A DNA stretch of 64,000 nt from an uncultured delta proteobacterium (GCA_963699755.1 CAVOVB010000005.1:192001-256000); one strand, 5' to 3'; positions 30,666 to 40,978 are shown, numbered from the stretch's first letter. Program-made: numbers and translations. The notes: generated by a model not told the origin, from the letters alone.

Positions 30666-31303
30666 TCGAGCTCGGTGATGGCTTCGATTTCGTCGAAGCG
30701 TCGTTGGTATAGCTCTTCAATGTAGGCATGCATGTCGTTGAGCCTCACAATCTGCTTCTCTGCTGAGGCTTCTTTTTCGTTCGCGTCGCAGAGCTTCGAG
30801 AGCTCCTCCACCGCTTCGAGAGTGCTGGCCGCGCGGGTCGCCGACACCGCCACCAACGCCGTCATCGCCAGCGCAGGCAAGGCGACCATCAGGAGCCGAG
30901 ACCAGACGCCCGGGGGGGTTCGTTGGACCATCCAAGGGGTCATCAGAACCAAGATGAGCGCGGCCAAGCTCGCTAGAATCCAAGGCCCGTGGCGGTGCCA
31001 CACATGCCTCCATGCGCCTGCCGTTCGTTCTTTGCGAGCTTCATTGCACGGATCGGAGTCCTTGAGGGAGCGAAGCTCATCCTCGACCGCGTCCGCGAGC
31101 TCTTCGGCAAGGTCTTCGTTGAGACTCACGCTGGACAAATCGACTGCCCGGGCTTCCGACCGCTTCTCTGGAGGCACCATCGAGAAACGGTTCACGTACA
31201 CGGTCCGACCCGAGCCCGAGGTGTACGAATAGAAGACCGGTGCCGACTGGGCCTGAGCGTCCCCTGCAACTACTAGGACCGCAGCGATGAGTAGAATGCG
31301 CAT
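30662..31303 (-). CDS. Hypothetical exported/membrane protein
   Basis: Signal peptide MRILLIAAVLVVAGDAQA, YSYT..G..VY segment, two TMs; coupled to nhaA (TGATG) and to the CWC gene (ATGA). Confidence 0.7.
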   Translation of the reverse strand: MRILLIAAVLVVAGDAQAQSAPVFYSYTSGSGRTVYVNRFSMVPPEKRSEARAVDLSSVSLNEDLAEELADAVEDELRSLKDSDPCNEARKERTAGAWRHVWHRHGPWILASLAALILVLMTPWMVQRTPPGVWSRLLMVALPALAMTALVAVSATRAASTLEAVEELSKLCDANEKEASAEKQIVRLNDMHAYIEELYQRRFDEIEAITELE

Positions 31304-32625
31304 CAGCTCTTCTTCGTGACGAGGGACAAGACCAGCATCCCGAGAACGGCGCTCAGGAACGAGCCGAGGATGATCCCAATCTTGGCTGAGACCAGGAGCC
31401 CGCCCGACAAACCGAGCGACGCGATGAAGAGTGCCATGGTGAAGCCGATGCCACCGAGGAAGGCCGCGCCCCCGAGGACGGGCCAGGTTACGCCCTCGGG
31501 TCGTGTCGCCCAACCGAGCTTCACGGCTATCCAGGACGCGCCAACGATACCGATCGGCTTTCCGAGGAGGAGGCCGGCAGCCACCGCGATGGCAACCGGC
31601 TCGCGCATCCCGTCGAGCTCGATCGGGACACCGGCGTTGGCGAGCGAGAAAAGCGGCATGATGACGAAAGCGACCCAGGGGTGGAGCGCCGTCTCGAGGC
31701 GAAAGAGCGGAGAGACGGCCTCGCGGGACGCAAACGAGAGGTCCGCAACCAGCTCTCTCGCCCGTTCGATGCTGGTTTCTTCCTTTCGGAGCGTGTCGTT
31801 GACGTACCGCAGGAAGCCGAGGAACCGCTCCCCGCCGAGCCATGGGTGCGCAGGGGTCAACAAGCCGACGAGCACGCCCGCGATCGTCGGGTGCACTCCC
31901 GATTTGAAGGTGCAGAGCCAGACCCAAGTGCCCGCGATGAAGTAGATGCCGATCGAGCGCACCCCGAGTCGGCTCATGAGCACGATGGCTGCAATCCCGA
32001 CCAGGGCGCCTGCCAGCCAGGTCCCGCTGATCGACTCGGTGTAGAAGATCGCGATGACCAGGACCGCCATGAGATCATCGACGATCGCCAAGGAGAGCAT
32101 CAGCACGCTGAGCCCACGCGGAATGCGGTTTCCGAGGAGCGACATGCAGCCCACGACAAAGGCAATGTCGGTCGCCATCGGCACAGCCCAGCCCCGCTCC
32201 CCCGGCTCTCCATATTGGAACGCGAGATAGACCACGACCGGCGCAACTACACCGCCAAGGGCCGCTGCAACGGGCATCGCTACCTTCTTCGGGTCGCTGA
32301 GCTCGCCGATCACGAGCTCGCGTTTGATTTCCAGGCCGATGACGAAGAAGAAGATCACCATCAGCCCGTCGTTGATCCAGTGCGCAAGCGAGTGCGAAAG
32401 CACGAAATCGCCCACCGCGAAGCGGACCTCCTGGTGCCAGAAGTGGTCATAGGCTGCGGCGTAGGGGGAGTTCGCGGCGAGCAGCGCGATCGCCGTGCAA
32501 ATCAAGAGGACGATCCCGCTCGCCGATTCGATGTGGGTGAACGCCTGCAGCGGCCGCTGGAGGTGCTGAATCGGGCGATTCGGCAGGTGGGTGATTCTCG
32601 AAAACGAGAGCTCTTCCTTGCCCAT
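31303..32625 (-). CDS. nhaA: Na+/H+ antiporter
   Basis: WINDGLM, GLEIKRE, GWAVPMATDIAF, LAIVDD, SGVHPT, GIGFTMALFI. Confidence 0.95.
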   Translation of the reverse strand: MGKEELSFSRITHLPNRPIQHLQRPLQAFTHIESASGIVLLICTAIALLAANSPYAAAYDHFWHQEVRFAVGDFVLSHSLAHWINDGLMVIFFFVIGLEIKRELVIGELSDPKKVAMPVAAALGGVVAPVVVYLAFQYGEPGERGWAVPMATDIAFVVGCMSLLGNRIPRGLSVLMLSLAIVDDLMAVLVIAIFYTESISGTWLAGALVGIAAIVLMSRLGVRSIGIYFIAGTWVWLCTFKSGVHPTIAGVLVGLLTPAHPWLGGERFLGFLRYVNDTLRKEETSIERARELVADLSFASREAVSPLFRLETALHPWVAFVIMPLFSLANAGVPIELDGMREPVAIAVAAGLLLGKPIGIVGASWIAVKLGWATRPEGVTWPVLGGAAFLGGIGFTMALFIASLGLSGGLLVSAKIGIILGSFLSAVLGMLVLSLVTKKS

Positions 32626-32667
32626 CGTCACCGGCTTATCTCGGAACGTGCTAGAAGGCCAGGGTCT

Positions 32668-33963
32668 ATGTGGTTTAGCGAAACTCTCGTCGCCTGGTTG
32701 TTTCTTGCGGTGAGCCTTGTGGGGGTGGTGTTCACGCTGAACGCCTTCGTCCCTGTGCGCCGCATTCCTGCTCTATTCGTTCCGAGCTTCTTCGGTTCTT
32801 GGCTCACCGCCGAGCTGGCGTTGCATCACATCGTCTGGCAGGCGATCGCCACCGTGTTCTTCGTTCAGTTCGGCGCCCTCTCCCATTGGCCCGGGCTCGC
32901 TGGGATGGGGATCACGATTGCTTCCTGGCTGGGCCTCCTCATTCTATTTCGTGACGGCTACGAGACCCGCCACACCTTCGATGATGCACTCGCGGACTTT
33001 GGCGAGCCAGAGGGCGCTGCGCGCCTACCCCTCTCCCAGCTTCTGGTGCCGTTTCGATTCCGCCGCCGCGGCGTCAAGGTGATCCGTAACGTCACCTACC
33101 GCGAAATCGCCGGCAGAAAACTCGCACTGGACGTCGCAATGCCGGACCAACCCGGCGTCGATCGGCCCGCGATCATGCAGATTCATGGTGGCGCCTGGAT
33201 CATCGGAGACAAGCGCGAGCAAGGCTGGCCGCTCATCGGACACCTCGCAGCAAATGGATGGGTCTGCTTCAACGTCAACTACCGCCTGAGTCCGGCGGCG
33301 ACCTGGCCGGACCATCTGGTCGACTTGAAGTACGCGCTCAAGTGGATTCGCGAGCACGCCGACGAGTACGGCGTCGACCCGAGCTTTGTCGCAGTCACCG
33401 GCGGCTCTGCGGGCGGACATCTGACGGCGATGATGGGGCTCACCGCGAACGACCCCGAGTACCAACCTGGCTTCGAGGACGCCGACACGAGCGTGCAAGC
33501 AGCGGTGCCTGTGTACGGCGTGTACGACTTCACGAATCGCTTGAATACGATGCTGACTCGCTTTCGGACGCAGATGCTCGAACCGATCATCATGAAAGCG
33601 TTCTTCGACCGAGAGCCCGAGAAGTTCCACCGTGCCTCGCCCATCGATCGAGTCCACGCGGACGCGCCGCCCTTCCTGATCGTGCATGGCGATCGCGACA
33701 CGCTAGCCCCGGTCGAAGACGCACGGCTTTTTGCTGAGACTCTCCGAGAGGTTTCGCGCGCACCGGTGACTTACGCCGAGCTCCCAGGTGCGCAGCACGC
33801 GTTCGACATTCTCGCGTCCCCGCGTACCGCCCGCATGCTCGACGGCACGCTTCGATTTCTCACCGCCGTGCACGAGCGCACAAAGACCGAGCAGGTCACT
33901 CCGCGAGCCGAACGCTTTTCGCCTGTCGATCGCGAACCAGAAGTGGCTACCGAAAACATGTGA
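32668..33963 (+). CDS. Membrane-anchored HSL-family carboxylesterase/lipase
   Basis: N-terminal TMs, HGGAW, GGSAGG, HGDRD, AQHAFD. Confidence 0.88.
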   Translation: MWFSETLVAWLFLAVSLVGVVFTLNAFVPVRRIPALFVPSFFGSWLTAELALHHIVWQAIATVFFVQFGALSHWPGLAGMGITIASWLGLLILFRDGYETRHTFDDALADFGEPEGAARLPLSQLLVPFRFRRRGVKVIRNVTYREIAGRKLALDVAMPDQPGVDRPAIMQIHGGAWIIGDKREQGWPLIGHLAANGWVCFNVNYRLSPAATWPDHLVDLKYALKWIREHADEYGVDPSFVAVTGGSAGGHLTAMMGLTANDPEYQPGFEDADTSVQAAVPVYGVYDFTNRLNTMLTRFRTQMLEPIIMKAFFDREPEKFHRASPIDRVHADAPPFLIVHGDRDTLAPVEDARLFAETLREVSRAPVTYAELPGAQHAFDILASPRTARMLDGTLRFLTAVHERTKTEQVTPRAERFSPVDREPEVATENM

Positions 33964-34057
33964 AAATCCCTTCACGGATTCCAAGTCCACGCGGACCCGC
34001 CGTGCGACGAAGCAGACCTTGAATGGGCATGAGCGAAGGCGCTCAGATCATCTTCAT

Positions 34058-34540
34058 CTAGTCGTATTCGAGCGTAATGGGGATGGTCACGGCACCACCC
34101 TGATATTCGAACTTGGCGTCCTTGTAGAGGGGCGGGCCGCGTCTCTTTGCCTTCGCGTTCTGCGAAACGCCCCAGGGCTCTTTCGGGCTGCCGATCGCGT
34201 TGGTGTCGAGCTTACCGTTACCGTTCTTGTCTAGGAACACGGACGCCGCGTATTCGCCCAGACCGGTGCGCTTGAACGTGCAGGTGGCAGTCTCGCCTTC
34301 GACGTCGACCCAGGTTCGTCGAAGTGCCCGCCGATGCTTTTTCGGGAAGCCTTTGTTCTGCCAGAAGAGGGCACAAGCCATTCGGCCCGTCGGCTCCCGG
34401 ATGCCGCTGATCTCCAGCGTGAGAACGTTCTTGGCTGCCGGGTCGTTGTCGACTTGGGCGCGCGAAGCGAGCGGCAGAAGCGACGCAGCGAGCAGCGCTG
34501 TGGCGACCACGGTCCCGCCCGCCATTTTAGTCCTGATCAT
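34058..34540 (-). CDS. DUF2141-family exported protein
   Basis: GEYAASVFLDKNGNGKLD...P.EPWG.S.N; signal peptide; start uncertain. Confidence 0.8.
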   Translation of the reverse strand: MIRTKMAGGTVVATALLAASLLPLASRAQVDNDPAAKNVLTLEISGIREPTGRMACALFWQNKGFPKKHRRALRRTWVDVEGETATCTFKRTGLGEYAASVFLDKNGNGKLDTNAIGSPKEPWGVSQNAKAKRRGPPLYKDAKFEYQGGAVTIPITLEYD

Positions 34541-34738
34541 CGAATGCACTCCGGATCCCCTTCTACCCGCCCGGCCTGTCTTCATGCCAGTTTGACGCGG
34601 AGCTGCCGTAGATGTTTAGACGAACCACGGAATTTTGCCAAATGCCCGGGTCTCGCGAGCGTCTGCCTGCTGTGTAGATCATTTCGCAGATCGCGCCTAA
34701 ACTGTTTGCAATTGTGCGTCATCAGCGAGGGATTTTCG

Positions 34739-36286
34739 ATGCTGCAAACACGGCGTTTTCCGATTCTAGGGTTCGCATGCGTCTCACTCTGCTGGGGTTG
34801 CCCGAGCAGCAGCTCCAAGTCAGCCGCCCCCGGCCTGGAGTGGACCAGTGCACCCCCGGAGGAGCAAGGCTTCGACTCAGCCGCGCTGGCGGCGGTCATC
34901 GAGCAAATCGATGAGCAAGACCTGCCGATCGACAGCATTCAAGTCGTTCGCAAAGGCGTTCTGATCTTGGACGCGTACTTCTACCCGTACCTCGGGGATC
35001 GAAAACACGACATCGCCTCGGTCACCAAGAGCGTTACATCGACGCTGATCGGCATCGCGGTAGACCGCGGCTTGCTGACCCTCGATCAAGGCTTGCTGGC
35101 CACCTTGCCGGAGCTCGCGCCGCCGCCGAGCGCGGACGGGAAGGCCGAGATCGATCTTCTCGATCTCCTGACGATGACCTCCGGCCTGCGCTGCGGACTG
35201 AGCCCCGGAGAGCCCGAGCTCTATCAGACGCTCCAAAGCGAGAACTTCGTCCGCTATGCCTTGGAGCTCCCGATGGCCGCCCCACCCGGCACGCAATGGG
35301 CCTATTGCAGCCCGGGTTCACACCTGCTGTCCGCCATGATCGCAAAGGCGAGCCGAATGAGCACGCTCGACTTTGCGATGAAGAACCTATTCGGCCCCCT
35401 GGGTATCACCGATGTGACCTGGCCGGCGGATCCGCAAGGTGTGACCTTTGGTTGGGGTGATCTGCAACTTCATCCGCGCGACATGGCGAGAATCGGCCAA
35501 CTCTTCTTGAACGAAGGTTCATGGAATGGCGCACAGATCGTATCGAAGCACTGGGTGGAGCAGGCCTCCGAGTCTTTCATTCTCACCGACGACGGTCAGA
35601 CGGGTTACGGCTACCAATGGTGGGTGCTCTCCGGCCCTTTCGACGGCGTGTACGAAGCGCGAGGGCGTAGCGGGCAGGCGATCATCGTCTGGCCTCAAAA
35701 CGACGTCGTGGCGGTTTTCACGGGACGCGGCCTCGACGTTCGCGAAGAGGTGGCTCCCCTCTTGGTGGAGGCGTTGAAATCCGATTCCCCGCTCGATCCC
35801 AATCCCGTGGCCTACGCTAGACTCAGCCGGGCCATCCAAGACGCGACCAAGCCGCCGTCGGCCCAGCCGGTTCCTGGCCTCCCGCCCCTGGCCGTCGAGG
35901 TGTCGGGCAAGGTGTACCAGCTTGCGGAGAATGAGCTCAGCGTGCGCTGTATCTCGCTCCGGTTCCCCTCTCCCTTCGACCCGCCGTACGAGGTCTGGTT
36001 CGATCTCACGCACGAAAACGGCACCTTTGAGCTTCCGGTGGGCATGGATGGAGTTCCGAGGTTTTCGGAGACGGGCCCGAGGGGCATTGCAATTGGTGCG
36101 CTGGGCGAATGGAACGAAGACAGCGTCTTTTCGATGCAGTACGACGAGGTGGCGGGGCCGACCCACCTTCGAATTCGCGGGGATTTCGGAGCGAGCGCCG
36201 AAAGCGTGGAGCTCGAGTTCACCGACGCAAGCGGATACTTTCCCCCGCAGACCGTTCAGGGCTCGCGGGTCGAGCGTTGCGACTGA
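34739..36286 (+). CDS. Beta-lactamase-like serine hydrolase (class C / NylB-like), probable lipoprotein
   Basis: SVTKS (SxxK), LLTMTSG, WAYCS, GYGYQWW, ARG..GQ; N-terminal ..WGC. Confidence 0.85.
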   Translation: MLQTRRFPILGFACVSLCWGCPSSSSKSAAPGLEWTSAPPEEQGFDSAALAAVIEQIDEQDLPIDSIQVVRKGVLILDAYFYPYLGDRKHDIASVTKSVTSTLIGIAVDRGLLTLDQGLLATLPELAPPPSADGKAEIDLLDLLTMTSGLRCGLSPGEPELYQTLQSENFVRYALELPMAAPPGTQWAYCSPGSHLLSAMIAKASRMSTLDFAMKNLFGPLGITDVTWPADPQGVTFGWGDLQLHPRDMARIGQLFLNEGSWNGAQIVSKHWVEQASESFILTDDGQTGYGYQWWVLSGPFDGVYEARGRSGQAIIVWPQNDVVAVFTGRGLDVREEVAPLLVEALKSDSPLDPNPVAYARLSRAIQDATKPPSAQPVPGLPPLAVEVSGKVYQLAENELSVRCISLRFPSPFDPPYEVWFDLTHENGTFELPVGMDGVPRFSETGPRGIAIGALGEWNEDSVFSMQYDEVAGPTHLRIRGDFGASAESVELEFTDASGYFPPQTVQGSRVERCD

Positions 36287-36412
36287 AGTACTTGATTTAG
36301 CTGTAGCTCCGAGTCCTCGAAGACGCGCGCCAACGTTTCGTCGAGATCGTGCTTGCGCAGGATGTCGCTGTGCGCTTCATCGATGCAGCGGATCATCGGA
36401 AACAAGCCGTCC

Positions 36413-36787
36413 TCAGGAAGCGGATCCGATGCAGAGCATAAGCGTCGAGGTTTGGTTGGTCCCCGCTTCGGTCACGGGCTCGCAGAAATAGTCGGTTCGG
36501 CAGTCGGGAGTCGATACGCAGCTCACGAGGCAGACCCAACCGCTCGAGAGCTCCCCACAGGACGAGCCCTGCGGGCAGTCACCGGAATTGCCGCAGGAGA
36601 GTGCGCATGTGCCGCCCGGAAAACGAGAGCCGTCTTGACAAAGACCCTGATCACACTCGCTGTTGTTCATGCAGGGACCGCCGACCAGGGAGCTGTCGTT
36701 TCCAGCGGTGCCCGGTGGGCGATCGTCGCCACAGCCACCCGAGAGCAGGATGGCCGTCAGAGCCGAAACCGAAACGAAGGACTTCAT
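36413..36787 (-). CDS. Small Cys-rich lipoprotein
   Basis: Lipobox-like SGGC; repeated C-x5-C motifs (GGPCMNNSEC, FPGGTCALSC...DC). Confidence 0.8.
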   Translation of the reverse strand: MKSFVSVSALTAILLSGGCGDDRPPGTAGNDSSLVGGPCMNNSECDQGLCQDGSRFPGGTCALSCGNSGDCPQGSSCGELSSGWVCLVSCVSTPDCRTDYFCEPVTEAGTNQTSTLMLCIGSAS

Positions 36788-36990
36788 CGCGGGGGACGAT
36801 AGATCAAGACTAGGGCCCGAACCAGCGCCACAGCGGCCAACCGTGTAACGTGTAACATTCCTGTCACCTTTTCGAGAGTCCCCGGCTATCCCCCGTGCGA
36901 TTGCGCGAACGCCGTCCGCTTGATCCCGATGCGGCAGGTCGGAGATTTGGGTCTTCTGGGGCCTCTAGCGAGGGCTCGAATGGATGACCT

Positions 36991-37010
36991 TCGCCTGCCC
37001 GGACAGGCGA
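36991..37010 (-). terminator. Hairpin just downstream of the thioesterase stop
   Basis: TCGCCTG-CCCGGA-CAGGCGA; no U-tract. Confidence 0.3.
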
Positions 37011-37014
37011 GCGT

Positions 37015-37440
37015 TCAGCCGTCGGCGCGTCCTTCTTCGAACGCCGCGACCGCGGCACGGAACGCGTTGGGCACCCTCACCTTCTCACGGGTTTTCGGAT
37101 CGACGCAAACGCTAGTCACACTCGCCTTGGCAAGTGTTTCCTGGCGCTCGTTCCGGATTGTGAACGAGCTGGTGAAGCTCGATGTTCCGAGCTTCGAAAT
37201 TCGCGTCTCGATGTGAACGTCCTCTTCGAAGCGAGCGCTCCCCATGTAGTCGCAAGTCGCGTTCACGTAGTACATGTCGGTGCCGCTTCTGACCATGTCT
37301 TGCCAGGGCATTCCGGTCGCGCGCATGTATGCTCCGAGGGCTTCGTCGCAAAACACGAAGTAGTTGGCGAAGTAGACATGCCCTTGCATGTCGGTATCGC
37401 GAAAACGGACACGCATCGTGTAGACGAACGGCCGCTTCAT
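37015..37440 (-). CDS. 4HBT/YbgC-family acyl-CoA thioesterase
   Basis: VRFRDTDMQGHVYFANY. Confidence 0.9.
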   Translation of the reverse strand: MKRPFVYTMRVRFRDTDMQGHVYFANYFVFCDEALGAYMRATGMPWQDMVRSGTDMYYVNATCDYMGSARFEEDVHIETRISKLGTSSFTSSFTIRNERQETLAKASVTSVCVDPKTREKVRVPNAFRAAVAAFEEGRADG

Positions 37441-38930
37441 GCACCGACTCCCGCGCGGAAGCTGACGTCGACTGCGGAAGTCTGCTCTTCAGTGCAAAGA
37501 GAGCGCATCGGCACCTCCTCGGCCGCCTTCCATTCACAGAGCTCGGCGACCCTTTCGGCACCATCGACGGCCGGGCGAACCCAAACGAAGGTCTGCCCGC
37601 CGAGTCGGATCCTGCACTCCGGATCGGCAAAAGCCTTGGACCAGAAGCCGGAATTGTATAGCGTGATCGGGCCGACTTGCTCGCATTTAGGCTGGTGCGT
37701 GTGCCCGAAGATCACCCGGCGAGCGCCTGTGATCTTGAAGATCAGCTCGGCCCGATCCTCGGTGAGAAGCGGCGTCGCGAAGACTGTCGGCCGAACCGAC
37801 GAGGCATAGGCGGCATAAGGGAGCATGAGGACCAGGGCAGGCAAGAAGACCCAGAGCGGGCTGATCGGCCAGGCGATGTTGATGTGGAGCACCACCTGCC
37901 AGGCGAGGAAGAGCGCGACGAGCAGGAAGAAAGCGCGGTCGAGCCAGAGCTCTCTCGCGATTCGGAATGGGTTGTTGGTCGCTGATGGGACATGCAGCGC
38001 GTTGAGCTTGCGTACCATCGAGGGCGTAGCCTGCGAACGCGATGCGATCGATCGCACCTTGTCGTCGACGAGCATGGGATCACGCATCGGAGGAAGCCAA
38101 TGGGTGCGAAGCGAGATCCAAAGGGTGGCATACGCACCCCAGAACCAGGTCCAAATCAAGAGCGGCTGCGTCCTCAACATGTACTTGAAGAAGAAACTCA
38201 CGTACGAGAACGCGCTCATGATGTAGTTCTCTGACTGATGGGGATTGAAGTACCCCATCCCATTGAGCATGTAGCGCGCGGCGAGGTCACCGAATGGAAT
38301 GCGGACCCGTGGCTGCCCGCGGACTTCGATGAGGGGGTCGATCGGATCGCGCACCACGCAGTTAGGGTCGTATTGATGGCCGTGGCTGACGTAGGTATCG
38401 CCACCACTCAGGTAGAACCAATTACAGAAAACGATGGGATCATCGGCTTCTTCGGTGCCGATGCTCGATGGGAGCGCCGCGCCGAGCGCGTCACAGATCA
38501 TCCGCTGCACCGAAGGCCAGTAGAGCTCGACGTCGTGGTTGCCGATGATGAAGATCGCTCGATTCCCTCGCGCGATGAACTGACCCAGGGCCTCGAACCA
38601 GTGCGGGTGATCTTCGATGATGACCTGCATCTTGAACTGGCTCATCCATTCCTCGCTTCCAAGCCCGCGTGCCCGTTCCAGCCATTCGATCTGCCGACCC
38701 TTGCTGGGTACGCTTGTCACGCTGTCGAAATCGAAGATGTCGCCGTTCAGGAGGAGCTCGATTGGCGCGTCCGCCTTCGCTTCGATGTGGGCGAGGAAGC
38801 CCGCGAAATCCACATCGATGAAGAACTCCCGCCGCTTATACGCCATCCAGAGCGGACGCCTCGGGTCGGGATCCTCCGCTTCGGTGAGGTGCATGTCGGA
38901 GACGACGAACGTGTGGAGCTTCGGTTCCAT
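37437..38930 (-). CDS. Calcineurin-like metallophosphoesterase with an internal TM hairpin
   Basis: SDMH, GDIFD, GNHD, HGH, FGHTH. Confidence 0.85.
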   Translation of the reverse strand: MEPKLHTFVVSDMHLTEAEDPDPRRPLWMAYKRREFFIDVDFAGFLAHIEAKADAPIELLLNGDIFDFDSVTSVPSKGRQIEWLERARGLGSEEWMSQFKMQVIIEDHPHWFEALGQFIARGNRAIFIIGNHDVELYWPSVQRMICDALGAALPSSIGTEEADDPIVFCNWFYLSGGDTYVSHGHQYDPNCVVRDPIDPLIEVRGQPRVRIPFGDLAARYMLNGMGYFNPHQSENYIMSAFSYVSFFFKYMLRTQPLLIWTWFWGAYATLWISLRTHWLPPMRDPMLVDDKVRSIASRSQATPSMVRKLNALHVPSATNNPFRIARELWLDRAFFLLVALFLAWQVVLHINIAWPISPLWVFLPALVLMLPYAAYASSVRPTVFATPLLTEDRAELIFKITGARRVIFGHTHQPKCEQVGPITLYNSGFWSKAFADPECRIRLGGQTFVWVRPAVDGAERVAELCEWKAAEEVPMRSLCTEEQTSAVDVSFRAGVGA

Positions 38931-39013
38931 CAGGCTGTCCTCTATTGTGTCAGGCCTCGGTGCCGGACTCCAACAAGTGAACGGCTTGGCTTCGTGCCTC
39001 GTACACTAGCTGC

Positions 39014-39658
39014 TTAGCCACCCTGGGAGGCGACATGCTGTTTTCGCCCAACGATAAGGTGAATGAGGAGAAGCAGCGCCAGGCCGGTCGCGAAAATGGC
39101 GACGTACCAAGTCCCAAGGCCGGGACCAGCCTCCGTTAGAAAGTTAGCGATTTGCTTCTTCCCCCACATGACCGGCATGAATGGCTCCACCGTCACAGGC
39201 GCTCGGGGGTCGAGGTTGTGCCCGAACGTATAGAGCTTGTAGTACAAACGTCCGAATCCGAACGCGCCCGCGTAGCTCGTCATGACCAGGAGGTCCAACA
39301 TGGAACCGACTTTGCCGACTAGGGCAGTTCGCAAGGCGAAGATGATCATCGCCACGAAGAGGAATGGGATCCAGTCGAGGTCGCTGAGCGCTTGGCGATC
39401 GAGCGGTGCCATGCCGATGTAGTGGTTGAGCACGTTGATCTCTTGCACGTCGTTGCCATCATTGCCCCCTTCGACCTTGTACGAATAGATATACAGGTCG
39501 AGTCCCTCCGGATACTGCGGTGCCTTCATGTTGATGTGCCATACCGGCGCGGTGAAGCTCAGCACGATGAAGATCGTGAGGAACGCGAGCACGACACGGG
39601 CCCAGGGAAAGATGGGCTCGTCCAAGAACCGATAAAATGCGTCCAATGCCTTTGACAT
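39014..39658 (-). CDS. nosB: Clade II nos membrane protein NosB
   Basis: PVW.I...APQYPEGL, INVLNHYIGM, GHNLDP.AP, KQIANF; 4 TM segments; lies in the nos cluster. Confidence 0.75.
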   Translation of the reverse strand: MSKALDAFYRFLDEPIFPWARVVLAFLTIFIVLSFTAPVWHINMKAPQYPEGLDLYIYSYKVEGGNDGNDVQEINVLNHYIGMAPLDRQALSDLDWIPFLFVAMIIFALRTALVGKVGSMLDLLVMTSYAGAFGFGRLYYKLYTFGHNLDPRAPVTVEPFMPVMWGKKQIANFLTEAGPGLGTWYVAIFATGLALLLLIHLIVGRKQHVASQGG

Positions 39659-39683
39659 GTTGCCTCCTCCAAGCGTTGACCTT

Positions 39684-40526
39684 CTACACGACGTCTCCCC
39701 GACGCAACTTCGAAAGCCCGCTCATCCAAGCGAGCGACCCAAGCACCATGGGCCATGCGATGCCCAAAGCGTACAGCCCGATGCTTCCGATCCGGTTGGC
39801 CAAATAGAACCCAACCGGCCCCAAGACGCTGAGCTCGGGATCGGCGGAAGATAGCAATGCCATTCGGATGCTTTGGACAGGGTTGAGGGTCGCCAAGACG
39901 AACACCGCCCTCGGTTCGACCCTCCATTGGAGCATCATCCCGGCCAGCGCGAAATCCATGAGAGCGATGCCGGCCACCCAGATCAGGAGCAAGTACATCG
40001 TGGCGCGAGCGGAGTTCTGCACGGTCGTCGACACCCAGAGGCCGATTCCACAGAACGACCAGACCAAAACCGAACAGAGCACCAGACAGTGGCCAATGAA
40101 GCTCCAAGCGATTTGCTGGCCAAAGGCGAAGCGGCCGAATAGGCCTACGGCGCCCATGAGCAGTGCGAGTGGCAGCAAGAGCACCAGGAAACGGACTGTC
40201 GATATCGCGGTGAAGAAGGCGCCGCGTGAAATAGGCTGGCTGAAAAGAAGCTCCAGGGTGCCGTCGTCCCGCGCCTTGTTGACCACCAGGCCAGTCGCGA
40301 TGAGCGCCATCAAGGGCAGAAGCACCAGCAGGGCATGGACATACGAAACGAGCACCCTACCCGTCCCCGTGAATCCGAAGACGGTCGACTCGCGCATGCC
40401 CACCAGCAGAAACACGCCGGCGAGCACGGCATAGACGACGACGCAAAACAGGAGCCACCGCGACCGGAGCACTTCCGCCAGATCGAGCTGGGCAACCGCC
40501 AAGTAGGATCGGAGCTGACGATTCAT
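39684..40526 (-). CDS. nosY: NosY ABC transporter permease
   Basis: About 6 TM segments, GTLELLFSQPISR, LNPV..R; ATGA-coupled to nosL. Confidence 0.88.
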   Translation of the reverse strand: MNRQLRSYLAVAQLDLAEVLRSRWLLFCVVVYAVLAGVFLLVGMRESTVFGFTGTGRVLVSYVHALLVLLPLMALIATGLVVNKARDDGTLELLFSQPISRGAFFTAISTVRFLVLLLPLALLMGAVGLFGRFAFGQQIAWSFIGHCLVLCSVLVWSFCGIGLWVSTTVQNSARATMYLLLIWVAGIALMDFALAGMMLQWRVEPRAVFVLATLNPVQSIRMALLSSADPELSVLGPVGFYLANRIGSIGLYALGIAWPMVLGSLAWMSGLSKLRRGDVV

Positions 40527-40978
40527 CGGCCCCCGCGCTCCTGGTGTGGCCGTTCCCGGACCCGGGCTTTGGCCCAGTCGATGCCGTGCGCTTCGGGCGT
40601 GCCCCTGGGGACCGCGCCGATTCCGTAACCCATGGGAGATTCTTCGACTGGGAGGAAGCCCACCTCGGACTCCGAGAGCCACGCATCTCCGAGGTGATCG
40701 CGGAAATAGAGCGCGTGAATCGCACCTCGATGCGATGCGAGGTAGTCGAAGAGGCAGCCCGGATCGTCGAAGTTCACAACGTCGCCCTCGGCGGTTTGCA
40801 GTTGCGCAGCGAAACGTGGATCGCCGACGTGCATCTTGCAGTGCCCGCAGACCTCGCGATCCCAAACGACTGGAACCGCGCCCTCAGGGAGCGATACCTG
40901 GTTGAAGCGCATGAAGCCCACCGCGACGACCACGAGCGCAAGTACCAGCAAGACTCCTCTAATGATCGTGGTGGACAT
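40523..40978 (-). CDS. nosL: NosL copper chaperone
   Basis: CGHCKM..DPRFAAQ, FDDPGCL, SPMGYG; N-terminal TM anchor. Confidence 0.85.
   Translation of the reverse strand: MSTTIIRGVLLVLALVVVAVGFMRFNQVSLPEGAVPVVWDREVCGHCKMHVGDPRFAAQLQTAEGDVVNFDDPGCLFDYLASHRGAIHALYFRDHLGDAWLSESEVGFLPVEESPMGYGIGAVPRGTPEAHGIDWAKARVRERPHQERGGR

Noticed and set aside
31681..32667. 760-aa ORF suggesting an esterase fusion
   Set aside because: The first ~330 codons are the antisense shadow of nhaA; the real start is ATG 32668
40523..40978. NosL CGHCKMH as a heme c site
   Set aside because: It is not CxxCH; it matches the CxxCxM metal motif of NosL
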